A stretch of DNA of 64,000 nucleotides from Haliotis rubra. Taxonomy: Eukaryota. The position numbers and the translations under genes were made by a program. Shown here piece after piece: positions 61,473-64,000 of this stretch. The stretch's first letter is position 1. Every line of letters begins with the position of its first letter. The stretch is taken from the NCBI RefSeq assembly GCF_003918875.1, contig NW_025767401.1, positions 992,001 to 1,056,000 on the forward strand, in the 5' to 3' direction. The notes beneath the pieces are model-generated. The model was not told the DNA's origin. It did no database searches and saw only the letters and a list, made by a program, of their open reading frames with translations.

Positions 61473-63517
61473 ATGGACGTCGTGGCAAGGATCGTGCTGT
61501 TGTATTTCGGAGTGCAGGGTTGTCTGTGTTCTGAGAGACTGACATACGTGTTCGGGGACGATGGTGGATTAGGAAGACGGTTTGACGGGATCGGAGCAAT
61601 CAGTGGTGGAGGGGTAAGTAGGTTCCTAACGGTTTGTTTATTTGTTACAGAATGTTCATTCATTCATTCATCCGTCCACCCATCCATCCATCCATTCATT
61701 CATTCTTTCATTCATTAATCCTTCCATTCATTCATTCATGAGGTTGTCTAATAGATATCAATACTTTCACTTCCAGGCAACATCCAAACTGTTGGTCAAC
61801 TACCCTCAAAAGCAGCGGGATGAAATACTCGACTATATGTTCAAGGTAACGTAAGTTCAATTTCAGCATTCCAGAAGCCCTATTCAAGATAAGGTGTGCC
61901 AGGACTGTGTATCGTGTTACGAAGATAAATCACAATTTCACAATCAATAACCTCAGGTCGAGATGAGATGTACATTCTTCTATTCTATATAAAACATTGC
62001 TACTCCACATGATTTGACTACACGTGTAGCATGTATCCCGGGCTGTTTAAGAAGGGATAACTGTGTCTTCAAATACAGGAATCCATCAGTGGGTCCACAA
62101 CACTTTATTCTGGATTCAATATGTATAAATACATGATGTTATCACAAGGGCTAGGCGGCATGATTTGGAGGCGATGGTCAGCCAACCTGCCTAGCCGATG
62201 TCTCAGGGTCAAGTCTCGACTAACACAAAGCATTCTCAATTTCTCCCTAAGGGTCGAATCCTGATCTGACTGTCATGTGTCGTATTTGCGACAGATGTGT
62301 GGTCAGCCTGCAGTATCCCGCACTTCATCCACAATGTCATGCTTCAGTGGCCAACCGGCCTTTGTCTAACTTTGATTAGGCAGCTAATGACTCTATGATA
62401 GTGGCCATGATGACAATGGTCAAGCTGTGCAGATTTCATTTCTATTTACAGCATGGCCATTACTTAGAGAACTGATCAATTTGCATAACTTAAGGAATAT
62501 TATAAATATCCCTGATAAACACTGTTCCAAAATGCCTACGATACATGACTCTGTAACGTGTTATGAAACTATAAATATACGACCATCAAGTGATCTTTTT
62601 ATATTCACATCTTCTGTTCCAGCCTGACTTCGGTGCTGCTCTGCAGCTTCTTAAAGTGGAGATCGGTGGAGACATGCAGAGTACAGGTTGGGAAACATGA
62701 ACACGTTTAGTTGACATCACTCGTACAAGGCTGAGAGCAATGTGTATTGGGGATAGGCATAAAGTATGCACGGTTGTTAGAGCAACTATAGAGAAACTAT
62801 AAATTCAAACGTAATTTTAAATATGAAAGGTTTTAGATAAAATCATTGCCAGAGTATAATTCAAATTAAAGAGGTGACTGAATGTAGTTTTACGCCGCTT
62901 TTAACAATATTCCAGCAACATCACGGCGGGGGGCACGAGAAATGGGCTTCACACATGACGTGACGAGCGAACGCTTTAACCACTAAGCTATCCCCACCGC
63001 CCCAAACTAAAGAGGACCAGACTTGGAGGCTTAAACTGATTACTTTGCTAAGGTGATTAAATGTTTCTTGACTGTTATTGCATTTAAGCACAGTTCTTCA
63101 TTCTGTTAACATAAAACATGTCAGTGGATTCTGTTTGTACAGAGGGGTCGGAAGCTTCTCACATGCGCCAACCTGACGAAGAAAACTATGAAAGAGGCTA
63201 TGAATGGTGGGTTATGCTGGAAGCTAAAAAGGTAATTTTGACAATATTCATCCTATAATTGTACAAATAGTCTACATGTATGTGTATACACTTCAACAAC
63301 GTTTCTATTTGAATGAGAGACTTTTCTACCTTTTACTCCTCTTCTTCTCCAGCGTAACCCTGACATACAACTGATCGGCCTGCCCTGGGGTTGGCCTGGC
63401 TGGCTGGGAGGGGACACAGGGGACGTGTACGCCAACCCTGAACAGACAGCCATGTACATTGTCAAATGGATCCTTGGTGCCAAGTCGAAATACGGACTCC
63501 ACATCGACTATATTGGT
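61473..63517 (+). CDS. GALC: Galactocerebrosidase-like GH59 paralogue 4, exons 1-5 (continues beyond the window)
   Basis: Exons 61473-61613, 61777-61845, 62623-62686, 63143-63231, 63353-63517. Signal-peptide-like N terminus, then [11 protein letters not shown]|[37 protein letters not shown]|[17 protein letters not shown]. Confidence 0.93.
61654..61738. repeat. (CATT/CATC)n microsatellite
   Basis: Direct reading. Other microsatellites lie at 21160-21210 (GT/GTCT) and 26490-26528 (GA). Confidence 0.9.
62875..63003 (-). mobile_element. SINE family A, internally deleted
   Basis: ttttacgccgcttttaacaatattccagc ... gcgaacgctttaaccactaagctatccccaccgcccc. Confidence 0.8.
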
Positions 63518-64000
63518 GTGCGTGGGTCTTGTGTTCAATTCATATGGCAACAAGCATTTGCATTGTGCAGATCGCTAAGTTTAAGAGCTAACTTTGTGTG
63601 GTAAATATAGTGTTGTAATATCAATTCATTTACAAATGTTCATGACACTGTTGCTTGACTGATACGGGTACATTAAATCGATACATTGAGTGATTAAATT
63701 TAAAGCAGTATTTCAGCCATATCGTGACTATGAAAGTTATATATTGATAAAAACAATCGTAAACGATATGAATACTTGTCAACAAAGTTAAATTATTAAT
63801 ATCACAGACTTAAAACCAGCAAGTAACCATAAAACAATATTTCCAAACCAACACAATATTTACATGGGCTACAGATCGCTCACAACGGAAGGTAGATCGC
63901 CATACTTGTGGTCACGGGACTAATTATTATTATGAAATAGTTATTATTTCATCACAATGGATTCAAACCGGAGGATCTTCGCCTTGTAATAATTTTATAT

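Noticed and set aside
11060-63517. Paralogues as uncollapsed haplotypes
   Set aside because: The proteins are strongly diverged, the introns show no evident similarity and one copy is inverted.

Overview
This is eukaryotic, intron-rich animal DNA. The repeat complement suggests a mollusc, possibly a gastropod such as abalone (inference). The window is dominated by a local cluster of at least four galactocerebrosidase-like (GALC, glycoside hydrolase family 59) genes sharing one exon architecture: GALC-1 (+, 11060-20715, 18 exons, three +1 frameshifts in 3' exons), GALC-2 (-, 21826-30121, 18 exons, intact, about 689 aa), GALC-3 (+, 41230-53326, 18 exons, two in-frame loop deletions and a 26-bp exonic duplication) and GALC-4 (+, from 61473, exons 1-5, runs off the window). 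All three complete paralogues keep both catalytic glutamates (WNE and WASED), but each has a different set of substitutions at sugar- and aglycone-binding positions, pointing to a diversified glycosidase battery. Upstream lie a two-exon GNAT/YitH-type acetyltransferase, a complete but mutated ITm transposon with long TIRs and DD83E spacing (Sailor-like), a relic of a second such element, and relic exons of an unidentified gene. Introns and spacers hold an RNase H-bearing I-group LINE with TSDs, a fragment of the same family, a decayed second LINE, three SINE families (two share the LINE 3' tail), several MITEs and several minisatellites. One 130-N gap lies inside a GALC-3 intron. Exon boundaries were read by eye from GT/AG signals and phase. 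Mammalian residue numbers are from recall and need checking by alignment.
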